Assembly: GCA_030264375.1 (NCBI GenBank)
Contig: JASCQW010000168.1
Span: forward strand, 12,805,574 to 12,869,573
Reading direction: 5' to 3'
Source of the DNA: Carcharhinus longimanus
Lineage: Eukaryota
DNA: 64,000 nucleotides
Shown piece by piece: positions 1 through 14,073 of this stretch; within the stretch, counting starts at the first letter, position 1; every line of letters starts with the position of its first letter. The notes beneath the pieces are model-generated. The model had not been told where the DNA came from. It saw only the letters and a program-made list of their open reading frames with translations, and did not search any database. The position numbers were made by a program, and so were the translations under genes.

Positions 1-222
1 AACACATTGAGAGACTTTGGTGGGAACATGCCAGAGATGGAGTTGAGGCACTGGTGAGAGTGCACTGACCTCCCAACAACTGATCTATCTTAGCATCCAA
101 GCACCACCTGCCCCGCATGTGCCAGAGTCTGCATATTGTGTGCTGGAGCACCCATCTCAAATCCCATTGAACTGCAGAGGAAGCAAGTCATTCTCGATCC
201 CAAGGAACTGGCTAAGAAGATT
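1..222 (+). mobile_element. RTE-clade LINE 3' end remnant
   Basis: TCPACARVC at ~105-132 resembles the C-terminal zinc-finger-like end of RTE ORFs; followed by a short 3' UTR ending taagaaga. Confidence 0.55.
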
Positions 223-2379
223 ACTTTTATTGAAACATCCTTTTAAATGTCGGTGCAAATGGCAAACAAGCATGAATTATTTCACATAAGCAGTGACTGA
301 ATTGAATATGTTACAGAGTGTGCATATTTGATAAGAAATTCTCTTAAACCAGTATGTTGAGAAGACCTGCATCATGAATCATCACCTCACTGGATTTGAA
401 TGCCTCAGTTGTGTACTTCAAGTTAAATTAGTGAGCCTCTTAGTTGGTCTTTAAAGATTTTGGATTCCATAGTCTGGACAATGACTTGTTTACACCAGTG
501 AATGAATGCTGACTATTGTCTATGCTATACTCAAGAAGGTGTCAAAATTGTTTCTGACATTGAAATGTCAGTGATGAAAGTGTTCACCTGTTTATATCAC
601 TCTGAGCAATTTCTGAATTCATATCAGTGATGGTTACTAATAAATTTGACATGTTCTCATCCAGGGGTACAGGCTTTACAGTGCAGCCTATAACCACATG
701 TTTGTTAGCAGTTGGAGGGGGACACAGAGGGGTAGGACTCCTGAAACCGCACTAAAAAATCTAAAACAACATTTTATTAAAAGGAGCAGATCACACAGAA
801 GGGATTATGGTCGCTGGCATATGTAGAAAATCATTAAACAAAACAAAAATAGCTCAAAACACCAACCTGGAACTATGACATAAAGCAAGACAAATGTTTG
901 TTTTCTACATTATCTACGTCACTGAAACTTTTTCATAGAACTGGTTTTAAAATGAGTAACAGCTAAAATTCCACTAATTTTCACCAGCTCATTTTAAAAA
1001 CACAGAAGATTGAAAACACATTTTGATTGTATATAATCCCGGTTACAAAAAAAATAATTTCTATTGGCATTTCTCATCAAGTCAAAAGGCAACTTTACCC
1101 TGCTTAAAAAAAACAAACAAATGGTTCAGTGTGGTTCAAATTAGCTCAGAATTGAGCCCTACATTGGAGACTCTTGACTCTCTACCTGCTAAATGTAGCC
1201 CTACGCAGAACAGATTTGGGCAGTGTCAACTTTTCACTGTCTGGATACTAGTATGCTGATCAAAACTGCCCATAAATCAGGGCAAGAAAGGCATTAAAGC
1301 CAGTTGCCTCACTTAGGTCACAAAGATAGCAGTTGCGTGGAAAAATAGGAGGCATTCCCTGCAGCCTTTTTCTCAGATTTGAGCTCCGGCATTGTCAAAT
1401 AATATGGTCATGGCACTAAAGTCGTTTCCATATTTCATGAAAATAAAGTCACAATCCGAAACAGACAGCAACACGGGATGAAAATTAGTGATGGTTTTGG
1501 ATGCCTTCCACAGCGTGGGCATCAATTTAGTGGAAGTCAAATTTACATTTATACCTAACTTTTTATGATTTTTAATTACTTAAAATGAGCAGCACAAGCA
1601 GATGATGAGCTGTGGGATATGATCTATATCCCACTCAGCTGGTAATCATAACTCACTTGTAATTGTTAGCTGTGAGTTGTCAGGCTATTCTGCTATAGGA
1701 AATAAATCGTATTTCACAGCTCAACACATATCTTTGATTTACGTTACACCTGGCTATACTATAGCCAAGCTTGGAATGCTTAATGACAACCCAGGGTGCT
1801 TAAAGTGGAAAATGTTTCACTGCCAGCACTGATATTCACCCATCTTAATGAACATTAAAATTCACCATTTTCTTTTACATCTCAAGTAGTAAATGTTCAT
1901 AATTGGCTCTCCGCTAAAATCCTCAGTCATCTCCTCTGAGCTTCTTACTGATGGGCTGTGTAGAGATCTAATTTAACAATACAGGCAGTAGCATTCCCAA
2001 ATCTTACAGGTCAGAAAATGTGACAAATTGTATGGGAGATTGCACACGCAACTGGAAAAATTAAGTATAATTGTTCAATCTGTCCAAGTTCAGGAGGAAT
2101 CAGTAGGATCCACTGGTAGAACAAAATGGATAAAATTGGGTACATTCTGGGTAGTTTGTCCCTACCCCACAGACTTGTGTTCTTTCCATTCGTTAGTGAC
2201 TGCACAAGCTCAAAAGGGAGACTGCAAATGAAATCTACAGAGTCCGCCTGAGAAATAATGAAGTGGGTGATGAGGTGTAACTAAGGTTTCCAGAAGTAGA
2301 GGGCTTTACTTGCAGGAAGAGGAGAGCAGTTTCATTAGAGTTACTTTAAACTAATTTACACCAATAATACAGTTTGGAG

Positions 2380-2680
2380 GCAGTGGGAGTAGAGTGAGGC
2401 TGATATTTTTAAATTGAAAATATCCTAGTGGATCATCCATGCTGTTGCTCACTGTTGTCAGATGTTGAACCAGGATGGGCATCAATCGCCAGAGGGGTCA
2501 GAGAGGCATTTTTCCCTGTGTGGGCTCTGGGCTTTTTAAAATTTCCTCTCTCGGTGATTATATGGCCCTGAGGGTGGGTAAGAGGGAAGGAGTGGTTCAT
2601 TCACGATGTTCCAATGATCATGTTGCTGGGTAGACTAGAGGGACGAGCTGGTCTTTCCCTGCCAGTCAGTCTTGTCAGTT
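2380..2680 (+). mobile_element. Old CR1-like LINE 3' end
   Basis: Ends in tagactagagggacgagctggtctttccctgcc, a CR1-type terminal stem-loop motif; strongly decayed. Confidence 0.4.
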
Positions 2681-4329
2681 ATTTTGTTAAGGCAGAACCA
2701 TGGCACAGTGTATTATTCTGCTGCTAAACTGGAGCAGTGTGCAATCAGTCCCTCCTTTCTATGGCTGCATAGTCTGACTGCTGTGTAGACACCTTGAAGC
2801 TAATTGGAAGGCAATTGTTCTTGGTGGACCCAGAAATAAATGGCAGCATGCTCTTTGAAGCTACAGATATAATTTTAGCAGAATATTTTAAACAACAGAA
2901 TAATATTAAGAAATAAAATATAAAACAATCAACAGGAATAGCCTGTCAGCCAGTTAGGAACACTGCTTCGCTGCTGTGCTGACTGATCTCAACAGTGGGA
3001 AGCTTGCATGCTTAAACTTTAATATATCCACTCAGCAAAACTGCATGAAAAAGAATTAATGGCATCCCCTGCTGTTGAATAAAATACAGTCTTTCAACAT
3101 ACCGGACTGCTTTATGGTGCAGCTGCACAGAATTGGCTGAGGGGCTTCTTGTTTTGCAGTAAATTATATTTTTAAAAAATTTTTTTTCTAAAAAGTCTCC
3201 AAGAGGGTAGAGTTGCCTTTGAACTAACTTACTAATGAGTCAACATGCTATCCACCCCCCCCTCCACTTCACAATTAACTTCTTTTCTCCAAGACCAGAA
3301 TACTTAAAGCTCTTGTTTGGAATTTCTGTGATGTTTTATTTTATATTTAGATGCTTCAGTGGGGTCATTGTCATGTTAACAAAGCCATTATCTGAAGCTT
3401 GCCATTTTTCGATTCAGAAACAGCAGCACAATCTCAGTTTATAAAGTAAAACATTTCTTGTTCCAGTTTTAAAATTAAATTGCTATGTATTATAATTTGA
3501 GAACACAGCAGATTAGGTAGTTGTCTAGTATCAAGGTTTCCTTAGTCTTAAAAGACTATCACAGAATTCCATTGCAAGACAAGCACTTAAAAGAAAATGT
3601 CTGATAACATATAGTTTAAGCATTAAAAACACCCTGGGGATGAATAGCTCTGGCTGCCTTTGCAGAGTCAACATATGGCAAGGACAGTGGGGTGCGAACA
3701 TTAATGGTCCTAATCTTCCTCAGTCACAAAACATAATTCAGTGAACCCCCGCTGCTTTGCCTCTATGTTGCCCAGAAACTGTTTGCAAACCTGCCAATGA
3801 ATTGGTAAAAATAAAGGCCTCTTCTTCAATCAAATCAGTGGAAATGTAATCAGCACCAGGAACTCTTGTACCAGGAGTGACTCTTCTGGGGTCGATCAAG
3901 TGATGGCTGGTGCTGGTAAGTACAGCTGCGTATGGTCATGGTTCTGCACTATTGGGATGGAAACCTGCCACACCGTACAGTCAGAAAGTGCGCGTGGCTC
4001 TGAGAAGCTATGTGCCTGGCATTACCAAGCTAAGGGTGCCTAAATTGCATATAAATTAGCCAACTGTCCAATATTAAGCTTTCAAGACCTTACCAGCATT
4101 GCTTTTATATTATTAAATGGCTGCTAGTTGGTGGGCCTTTCAGCTATCTGTTTAAANNNNNTTAAAGGGAACCCTGCTTGGCAACTGTAGCTAGTTGTAA
4201 ACAGATTCCATAATTTCTCCACTTTGTTGTTCCCTTTGCTTTTGCTGCAGAAGTTACTGAAGCTTCTTAAAGCTGCACTCCTTCTCCCTTTTGTGTGTGT
4301 TTCCAAGAGAAGTGGCCAAACCTAAAGAA

Positions 4330-4420
4330 GATCAAAACGTTCAAAGGAAAGGTCATCAGCTAGAAACATTAAATCTGTTTCCCTCCTTACAGATGCTGCC
4401 TAACTTGCTGACTACTGCCA
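4330..4420. repeat. Half copy of the Penelope-related palindromic element
   Basis: gaaaggtcatcagctagaaacatt...acagatgctgcc matches the arm of 32930-33113. Confidence 0.5.
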
Positions 4421-4761
4421 GCCTTTCAGAACTCAGTATTTCGCTTTTACCTAAATGTGTCCCACTGGATATCTTTATTCACCCGCAGGTTATGGAGATA
4501 TGGAAGAAGCGTAAAGAACAGTTGTCTGTACACTTCAGAAGCAGGACACAGGCATATTATTATATTGCCGGCTGGGTATTACAGTCAAGGCAATGTACAA
4601 GGCTTAAGCACCCGAGAAGTTGAAGAATCACTGGTGAGGCAGTGACAGAACTGAGTCATCTCCTTCAGCCAAGCACTGAAGTCAGTCTGAGGACAGGGCC
4701 AGTTCACAAAGGCTGATCTTTCCAATCAACAGGAGCTACTTGTGAAACCTCATGATCTGTA

Positions 4762-4930
4762 GTGCATGAATGCACTCTTCAGGTAAGAGACACGTTGCTT
4801 GTTCAAGCCACAGATTTCAGTAATCTCTCCATGGAAGCCAGCCAAGAGCACTTTTACCATCTGGCTCAATTCCCCAAAGTGCCAGATATTATTGGTGGCG
4901 CATGCATGTCCTTTGCCTCCACATCATTCC
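4762..4930 (+). mobile_element. PIF/Harbinger (HARBI1-like) transposase remnant
   Basis: QVRDTLLVQATDF...LAQFPKVPDIIGGACM resembles the recalled QVTDALF.RA.DFI...AGFPKVQG.IDCTH region; catalytic motif decayed. Confidence 0.5.
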
Positions 4931-6135
4931 ATTTTGAATATAAAGGGGCTCTATTCCAGGCCCATATAGCTGGTCTGTGATTATGAGAATGCATCTAGTA
5001 TTTTCCATTGAGATATCCTTGGACATGGCTTGATCAGACGTGACTTGTGTACGTATCGAGCATTTGGTGGAGCAAACTGCCCAGATGTTAAAACTGATTG
5101 GGGAAGGTGAGGTGGGGGTGGTAGGAAATCTTTTAGTAAGGCCTGAGTTCTACATTCTGCTGGCCCTTACAAACTTTCTTCTACACAACAAATTAAGGAA
5201 AAAACTAGCACCAACCAGTGGCTGAAAGATGCCCTAATGGGATCAAGTAGATATTTGCAGAAAATTCAGCAAGAGTCTTAATGTTGCAAAAGGCTGTCTT
5301 TCTAGTTAAGAGTCTGAGCCATTCACTATGCAACAGTCTTCTGTATGTTTTGCAATACCTTGCCAAAAATCTGGCTTTTCACCTTTGCCCTGAACCTTGC
5401 ACCAAGATTCATGATATCACTTTTAATCTTTCCCATCCCAATGCGCTCTCACAATACATTAGTACACTAGTTTCGAAAAATGTAATTCATCATGACAATG
5501 TAGGATGCAGGAGTTCTGCATATTAATTCCATACAGCTTCACAGAAATGGTGAGCGAAATCTTTGCTTCAGGGGCTGGCAACTGGAGCTGGGACGGCTTC
5601 TGGGTTTTGCAGCTGTTTCTAAGAGGATGGGACGAGCAAAGAGTCACTCTGAATGGGGTGGAGAGAGGGAGAGACAGGGAATTCTTCTACAGCACAGCCT
5701 TTGGCTGGAAGCACAGCCTGCAATGGAATACTCACCTCCAGGTAGTGATATAGTCTATAATGTTGGGATATTGCAGGCCGATAGGAAAATCTCAGTCCAC
5801 CTGATTCAGCTGCTCTTCACAAGGCTTTTAACAAACCGAGCCATGTAGGGCCCTGAACACTGTCTCCCCTAAATGGCTGGGCCTGGAATGTGGTTGGGAA
5901 ACCAGCACACCTGCTGGTGCTGGAAAACTCTGTCCTGTGTCTGAGTTTAGGACTATGTGAAAGGAGGCCATGGATGAGTAAAAGTCTCCACAGGTTTCTG
6001 TCGCTGAGCCAGGCAGTCATATCACATTGCACAGAGACGTGTTAGACATTTTCACAGATGTCCCCAAACTTAGACAGCTTGGGCACCCAAATAGTTGCTT
6101 GAAATGTGATAGTGAGCCATCAAACTGCATTCCCG

Positions 6136-6855
6136 ATAAGATGTAGGAGTGGAGGTAAGCCATTCAGCCCATCGAGTCTGCTCTGCAATTCGATGAGATC
6201 AAGTCTTCTATGATAATCCTCAACTCCACTTTTACATCTTACTCCCACAACCCTCGATTCCCTCAGTGATTAAAAATCTATCTCAGCCTTGAACATACCT
6301 AACGACACAGCCTCTACAGCCCTCTGCGGTAACAAATTCCACAGATTCACTACCCTCAGAGAAGAAATGGCTCCTCATCACTGCCTTAAATGGGTGACCC
6401 CTTCCTTTGAGTTTATGCCCTCTAGTCCTAGGCTCTTCCACAAGGGGGAATAACCTCTCAGCATCTACTCTGTCAAGCCCCATGAGAATCCCATCTGTCT
6501 CAACAAGGTCGACTCACATTCTTCTAAACTCCAATGAGTACAAGCCCAACCTACTCAACCTCTCCTCATAAAGAATCCCTCCATACTTGGGATCGACCTA
6601 GCATACCTTCTCTGGACTGCCTCCAATGCCAGTATATCTTTTCATAGATACGGAGACCAAAACTGTTCACAATATTCCAGTTGCCATCTGACTAGTGCCT
6701 TGTATAGATTTAGCAAGAATTCCCTATTTTTATACTCCATTCCCAAAAGGCTGATATTCCATTTCCCTTCCCAACTGCCTGTTGAACTTGCATGCTAGCC
6801 TTTTATGATTTATGCATGAGGACCCCCAAATTCCTCTGCGCTGCAGCTTTCTGAC
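6136..6855 (-). mobile_element. 5'-truncated CR1 LINE
   Basis: ORF 6283-6483 GLDRVDAERLFPLVEEPRTRGHKLK is the CR1 ORF2 C-terminus; CR1 3' UTR follows. Confidence 0.9.
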
Positions 6856-8544
6856 TTCCTGGTCAACTCTTGCACCTCCTCTATTGCCACATCCACAAAT
6901 TTGTTCCTAATTTATTGATGAAGTGCCCCCTTCTACAACACATTAAATTAACACCTCGGAGTGGATGGATCTGTGCTGCTTTTTTTGTGCAGTCTTTTCC
7001 TGCAAATACACAGAAGGGAGATACGTCAGAATGAGGAATCAAAGAGGTGTGTGTCAAAGTGACTACCTCATGTCAACCCTTGAACATCTGCCACCTGGTC
7101 TTGGCAACAAATTTGATATATACAGCTGCCAGGTTTAGTGGATATAGGGAAGCATGGGTTTGGGGATGCCAGTTTATTTGGAATATAGGTGAGCAGTCCC
7201 CAGATTGTGTTTCATTATCCCTCTCTGATACTTCACCAAGCTTCCAATGAATGCTGCTGAGATGGAATGTGGGACAAGTTTAGAAAATTCAGCAAAGCAT
7301 AAAGACATTTATTCGCAAACTTCTTCCTACCTGGGTCCCAGGATCTGGCCGGAATTGTCACAGCACGCACTCTTCCACCAAACTTCATCCAGGTTGGTCT
7401 GGCATTGTTTTTCCACTGATGGAAATCTCTGTACTCCAAAATCAATCAGCCTCCCCGACCCACCTCCAAAGCTGCATTCTTATTTGCTGACTTGCTCCAG
7501 CCATTTCTCTCTCTAACAAGCCAACATTCCTAGGAGAATAGCAGCCCTTTAAGAGCTGCTGCCACTAGATGAGATGCTCTTTGACCCAAATGTGTACCCA
7601 ACCCATCATGTGTCCATGAACTAGGAACTCTGAGATGGTGGAAATTTGCCAAGCTCACATTCTGATGCAAGGTCAACTAAGGACACAGTAGACATGTGAA
7701 GCAACTGGTGTGTCCTAGCCACCATTGCAATACTGGAATCCCAATATTGCTTCCACAGTGTGATGGTGCTGCAAATAGGAAATATATGCTACCAGATGCC
7801 AGGACAGCATCTCAATGGTGAATCCAGAAAAATAAAACCTCGTGCCTAATAATGTACTCTGTGAAAGAGACATTGGTGGTATTACAGTATTTTCCTGGAT
7901 AACAATTTATGTGTTGAATAAATTTGCTGAACTTTTTGTTTGCATTTGCAGGGCTGAACTCTACTTTTCCTACTGGCACAATGGGAATAAGATAGATGCA
8001 CTGCTGTCATGATGCCACATCCTGTTCTTTCTATTGGACTCATTCAGAATAAAATGGTCAACATCTTATTCTAAACAGCATAATCCAAGGAATTCAGGTT
8101 GAAGAAACTGCAATTTGCAAGCGACTTCTCATTGTAATCCGTGCCGAGGCTTCTGAGTGCTACTGTTTAAAGCTTCACATAGCTGAACTGCCCAAATATA
8201 AATATTAACAAATGTTTTATGAATTTGACATAATCCAATTCCAATTCTAAAGCAGAACACTACCCAAAACTTGGAATAAATTGGCAAGTCACTGCAAAAT
8301 CCAATTATTCCCAGACACCTTTTTCTTTCATTGTATAGTCTTTAAAGGCCCTGCGATTCTTCATTCAAATCTTGTCACACTTCCACTCAGTTTAAAGTCT
8401 TAGAATTAGAATGTGCTTCCTTTCACAGTCCTTTCCTCCAACAGTAACTCCCTTTCTCTTTGCACGGAGCTGCTTCAGCCATCAATCTATCTGATCTGCT
8501 AACCTATGACCTTATGTTGTTGTGGGGAAGTCATATTCTACTTA

Positions 8545-8632
8545 AAACGCTAACTCTTTCTCTCTCCACAGATGCTGCAAGGCCTGTTGAGTATTTTCAG
8601 CATTTTGCTTCTATTTCAGATTTGCCACATGC
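8545..8632. repeat. Half copy of the Penelope-related palindromic element
   Basis: ttctctctccacagatgctgc...gagtattttcagcatttt matches the arm of 32930-33113. Confidence 0.7.
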
Positions 8633-8634
8633 AC

Positions 8635-8675
8635 AGTAATCCTCATCCAGTAATCCTCATCCTGTAATCCGTCAT
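8635..8675 (+). repeat. 14-bp tandem repeat, ~3 copies
   Basis: agtaatcctcatcc agtaatcctcatcc tgtaatccgtcat. Confidence 0.85.
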
Positions 8676-8902
8676 GTCCTCCCGAATTTGACGTCATCAG
8701 CCAATTTCATTATTAGTTCTCTTCTGCGTCTGGCCAAAATCATTTTATTAAATGGAAAAAGTATGAACAACGTTATCCATGTAATTTCAATCCAAAACGT
8801 ATCTATTTAGCTCTGCTTTCTCTCCCCCACTGGTCGCTCTATGTGGCTACATTTTGTTTAATACGTAATGGTGTCACAGCAAACCATGAGATGAACAACA
8901 TT

Positions 8903-9165
8903 CATAGAATCCCGACAGTGCAGAAGTAGGCCATTTGCACCAATGACAATTCCATCCAGGACCTATCCCCGTAACACAGTATATTTACCCTACTAATCCT
9001 CCTGACACTAATTTACCACGGCCAGTCAACCCAACCTGCCCCTCCTTGGGCTGTGGGAGGAAACCTACGTAAAACACGGGTGAAGGTGCAGACTTCACAG
9101 TGTCACCGGAGGCCAGAATTGAACCCAGATCCCTGGCGCCGTGCAGCAGCAGTGCTAACCACTGA
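8903..9165 (-). mobile_element. HE1-type tRNA-derived V-SINE
   Basis: Minus strand reads cagtggttagcactgctg...gggttcaatt (Pol III A/B boxes), then the body and a cactgtcgggattctatg tail shared with 29206 and 54583. Confidence 0.85.
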
Positions 9166-9269
9166 GCATCTTTGGAGTACCTCCCAATCCAATGCTGGAA
9201 GCTCAGAGATTACAGTCCAATATATTGTGAAATTGCAAAATTTGATTACATTAACTTGTATTTATATGC

Positions 9270-10330
9270 ACTATTAACATTATAAAAATGTCCCAAGATG
9301 CTTCCCAGGAATGTAAATCATACAAAAAATTGATTCCAGTCCTTGAGAGATCTTGGCACAGGTGACCAAAGGCTCGGTCAGAAGAGGTGGGCTTTGAGGG
9401 GGGATTCCAGAGTTTAGGGCCAGAACAAAAATATGGGGAAGAGATAAAATGGACAGTACAAAAATTGTTTCTCTTGGTGGAGAATTCTAGAATCAGGGGA
9501 CATAGATTCAAAATATGTGGCAGAAGGTGTAGAGAGGACATGAGGAAGAACTTTATTTCGCAGAGGATAGTGGGTGTCAGGAATTCACTGCCCGAGTTGG
9601 TGGTGGGGGCAGTGACCCTAAACTCTTTTTTAAAAAGTACCTGGATCTGCACCTACAGGGCTATGGGACAGGTGCAGGAAGGTGGGATTAGAAAGAGCAC
9701 GTAGATGTCTTTCGACTGGCATGGACAAGATGGGCCGAATGGTCTCCTTCTGTGCTGTAGCTTTTCCATGGTTCTAACAGCCAAAGACAAGGCCACCAGA
9801 GGCTAAGTGAGTGGTGAAAGTAGGTCATCTTGGTGATGGAGAGGGTATGGGGTCAGAAGCTTTGTTCTGGGTCAAATAGGACACTGATCTTGCAAACAGT
9901 CTGCTTCAGCCTCCAACAATGACAGGGGGAAGGAAGGAGTTTGTGGTTGGGACCAAATACATTGGCTTCAGTCTTTCCAATATTTAATTGATTGAAATTT
10001 CTGCTCATTCAATATTGTGACTTGAATAAGCATTGTGAAAAATTGGAGGTGATGGTGGGTTGAGCTGGGTATTGTTCATGTACATGTGGAATTTGGTACA
10101 TTTTGGGATGAACTTATCAGGGACATTATTTAGAACCAAGGATGTATCCTTAGTGACTCCAGAGGTAATGATGCAGGGAAGAGAAGCCGTTACAGGTGAT
10201 TCTCTGGCTACACCAAGATAAAAACTGAACCAGAGGCAAACAGTTCCACTCATCTGGATTACTGTGTAGAGGTGTTGGAGAATGGTGTGGTCCCAAAACC
10301 AACCTCTCACATTTGTGTAACAACGGCATA
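9270..10330 (-). mobile_element. L2-type LINE remnant, interrupted by a CR1 3' end
   Basis: HMYMNNTQL is a decayed YADDTQLY RT motif; L2-like 3' sequence at 9270-9425 and 9790-10330. Confidence 0.6.
9440..9776 (+). mobile_element. CR1 LINE 3' end
   Basis: KLFLLVENSRIRGHRFK...RKNFISQRIVGVRNSLP, then tgggccgaatggtctccttctgtgctgta tail. Confidence 0.9.
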
Positions 10331-11632
10331 ATTTCCCTGACAAATCTCTTAAATGGTACCTTGTCAAATGCCTTCAGAAAATTCAACAATCCTATTGCAT
10401 TTTTCTACCTAAACATCCCATAGTTTTCTCTTCACAAGCATTTGAAGGAAAACCGTATCCCTCAAGTGTATTCAGCCCATATTCCTGATCAGCCCAAAAA
10501 AGGGAAGAGAAATGTAATAATATAAAACAAACCCATAATTTGGCTGGGTTTTTACAGCTAAAGTGTTACCAATTAAAAGGGAAATGTTGTAGTGAAGGAA
10601 TGAATGTAACCTGTTGTCCTTTTTAATAAGTATTTTCCCAAAGTATTGGGACAATTCTTAGCCTTTTTCCCCGATGCCGACTGTTCCCGTAGATTATCAC
10701 CAATGCCTGCTCAACTACAAAAAGGTGGGAATGGGCTGATTATCTCTTCTCAAATAAATAATCACCACTCCCACAATTGGAGATATCTTCGGATAATTAC
10801 TGAGATGAGACACATGGGCCCACGTCAACCCAAACATCACCAGAGACGTGACACATAGTCAATGTCAGCTCAGGCTTTCCGGGCTGATATTGAGCAGTGT
10901 TACTAAACTTTTCTAAACCGAGCCTCAATTGCGCCTTTGTGATGTCTCTAAAATATGCTCATTACTGTACGTTTAAAAAAAAAAATTTCATTTGTTTGTG
11001 AACATCCACTTTTATAGGTAGGATATAGCAGCTTCGCTGAACATTAAATACTGGCTTGAAGCAGAACCTTAAAAGAACATCTTATCAAATACTCTGTGGC
11101 TTACCACATAATGGGCAAGTGTGTGAAAAGTATCACTTGATATGTACTTGCATGGCTGAGATCGAGAAACTGGATCGCCCTGTGTAATGGATCACTCGGC
11201 TTCTCAGTAAACAGTGACTGAGCTTGACCTGTAATTAAATGACCTTCCCATCAGGCCCAGGCACCTGTCAACATGTCTGTCGATTTGTAAACTGCGGAGC
11301 TGACCTTACAGAAGGAGTTGCAGCACCAAGCACATCTTCGGGGATCTGATACACCCAGTGTCAGATTTTGGATATTTTCTTTTGTGATTCTGGGCAAAGG
11401 TGCAAAAAAAGGCAAAAAAAAAGCTTCTTAATCAAATGAGTGCGATGGGAGTTTACAATTTCTCCAAAACATTTTAACGTGTCGGTGGCAGCATTTGTAC
11501 TTTGCATAACAGGATGTGGGACGGAAATTGAAATTTGGAATGCACACTCGGCCTTTATTTTACCATTTGAAGCAGGTTTGGGAGATCCAGGGCTGCAGTG
11601 ATTAATCACAATAAATAGAGATGATATTTTAC

Positions 11633-11803
11633 CAAGCCCCCGAGGATGAAGAAGACCATAAAAAGCCGTCCAAGCGTTGTCCTTGCATAAACATCTCCAT
11701 AACCAACTGTGGACATTGTGACCATAAGTAAGTAGACACATTCCCAATATGTCAGCGGTTGGGAATTTTGGAAGTTTTCCCATGGATCCCCTGAGTTCTC
11801 CAC
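11633..11803 (-). CDS. KCNMA1: BK/Slo1 channel alpha subunit exon: turret, pore helix, selectivity filter, start of S6 (171 bp, phase 0-0)
   Basis: [57 protein letters not shown]; acceptor ttttgctgctcatAG and donor GTaaaa; TVGYG filter. Confidence 0.97.
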
Positions 11804-12194
11804 CTATGAGCAGCAAAAGGAAAAGACAGTCATTAAGAATCTTGAGGCTGGAAGGAGCTTGACAGATACGGAGAAGTGAGTGAGCAATAATATAGCTTGA
11901 GCACCATCTAGTGTCAACACAGGCACACTTACACTGTTCTGAATTCTTGAGAGAGAGATTTATTTGATTTGAAACCATGAAAATACAACCAATAACTTCT
12001 CTTCTGTTTGTTCCTCATCACGGAATACTCGGGATCTGCAGAACCACATTCTGTAAAGCCCTACTCACACTGCATTTCATGCTTGTGTTTCAGATCTGTT
12101 AAAGACACAAGTGCTGCAGGGGACCAAGGGAAACGGAAGGACTGACAAGCTTGAAAGAATTTCCTTCGCCAATTCCCTCCCAATATATCAAAAT

Positions 12195-12505
12195 ACATAG
12201 AACATAGAGAAAGAGGCCACTCGGTTCAACCAGTCCCTGCCAGATTTATGTTCCGCTCGAATCTCCCTCCATCCTTCTTCATATCAGTCATTCACCATAA
12301 GCCTCTTTGCCCTTCCCTCTCATATGTTTATTCAGCTTCCCCTTAAATGCATCAACATGCTTCACTTCAAGCACACCCAATGATAGCAAGTTCCACATTC
12401 TCACAACTCCTGGGTAAAGAAGTTTTTTTATAAATTGCGTATTTGATTTCTTGGTAACTATTCTGATACTGGCAGCCTCTATTTAAGCTCTTCCACACAA
12501 TGGGA
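12195..12505 (-). mobile_element. CR1 LINE 3' end remnant
   Basis: catagaacataga tail and aagttccacattctcacaactcctgggtaaagaag (reverse of the FFTQRVVxxWNxL region). Confidence 0.75.
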
Positions 12506-12577
12506 TTTCTGAAGTCATTGACACTGATCTGAGATCTGCTTCCATAATCTGCTGTGGTCCATCTTCCAGTCAGTCAT

Positions 12578-12940
12578 TTTTTAAATTCATTCATGGTATG
12601 TGGGCATTACTGGCAGGCCAGCATTTATTGCCCATCCTTAGTTGCCCGAGGGCACTTGAGAGTCAACCACATTGCTGTGGGTCTGGAGTCACATGTAGGC
12701 CAGACTAGGTAAAGATGGCAGACTTCCTTCCCTAAAGGACATTAGTGAACCAGATGGGCTTTTCCGACAATTAACAATAGTTTGATGGTCATTGATAGAT
12801 TCTTAATTCCAGGTTTTTTTTTTATTGAATTCGAATTCCACCAGCTGCCATGGCGAGATTCAAATCCAGGTCCCCAGGACATTAGCAGAGTTTCTGAATC
12901 AATAATCTAGTGATAATATTCACTAGGCCATTGCCTCCCA
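12578..12940 (-). mobile_element. tRNA-derived SINE, second family, near full length
   Basis: Minus strand starts ggaggcaatggcctagtg (A box), decayed B box ggatttgaatctc, tail gggcaataaatgctggcc; second copy at 48745-48985. Confidence 0.85.
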
Positions 12941-14073
12941 TACATGCCTAGGTACATGTACACATACACCCGTCTCCCCCACAAGTTAGCCTCCCACAAT
13001 CCTCTCAATCCCCTCTGTTAAATCCAGAAGTTTAAGGTGGGTTGGGATCAGTTTTCAGATTTTTGAAATGTTAATCACTCCACCCATTGTGTCTGTAGCA
13101 ATCTCTGCAATTGGAAAGCCTGTTGACAAAGTGCCAACCGCATGAAGTATTGAGGACTGAAGAGAATACCTGGAATCGATTACCGTGTTTTGAGAATAGG
13201 GAGAGTTAAAATAACAACATGAGGAAAATCAGAAACAAATAAGAACACTCAATCATTTTCAGTATTATTCACAACTGGACAGTAATGATTGGCAGCAAAC
13301 TCCGTTTTCCACTCCCCAGTGTTGGTATTCACGATGAGGGGCATTCCAATGTCAGGTAGAATTTTCTTTATTTACTTCCTGATTAAACTGGCCAAGGTAA
13401 TAATGATAGTACCTGTAATGGATGTGCTATGGTATTAGATTTATGTCATGGCACTGTGTGGTGCGTTTACAAATTAAATAAGATTGTTCAAACAAGCATT
13501 TCAGAATGCAGTATCCCTTTAAATGAATTATTGTGTTACTTACTGTGTTAAGGCGTAAACGGTTATAAAAAAAATGATGGATCCTGTTTGCAAGGCACTA
13601 AACTGCAGATATAAGAATTCCAAGTGAGAGCATAACTTAAGTGGCACGAGAGGTGAGGAGGGGAGGGGGGTGGTGGAATGTAGTGTACTATCTGTACCGA
13701 GCTTACAGGTGCAACAAGTGAAGATGAAAGGCTAGTGGCATATTGAATAAAAGCGAGGAAATAATGCTACATTATTCATAGCTGTGATAAGTTTTAGAAT
13801 GATTTGTTTTTCTTGGGAACAGCCGAGCAATAAATCATCAGCATGTTGCTTGGGCTATAGGTCGGAGTTGTTATGAGACGCTGGGTAAATTTGGTCTATG
13901 TTCTCTGGAGTCAAGGATATTGAGTTTGTGCCTTGATTGAGATGTACAAAGCAGTGAATAGAATAGATAGAAAACTATTCCCCCTACTCCATAAACAAAT
14001 TCAGGAGAAGTGGACAAGAGGATGGAATCTGGACCAGTTACAATAAAACCCAGGAAAAGTTCAACACAGAGAA

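Noticed and set aside
8676-8750. KLADDVKFG-like coding fragment on minus
   Set aside because: A small decayed CR1 RT motif (KFADDTK), not a host exon.
11606-11803. Stand-alone 65-aa pore-only mini channel
   Set aside because: The start is the exon's GTG and the tail is intron read-through past a canonical donor.
11361-11978. 205-aa minus-strand ORF, the longest in the track
   Set aside because: An alternative frame across the pore exon plus intron; no recognisable protein.
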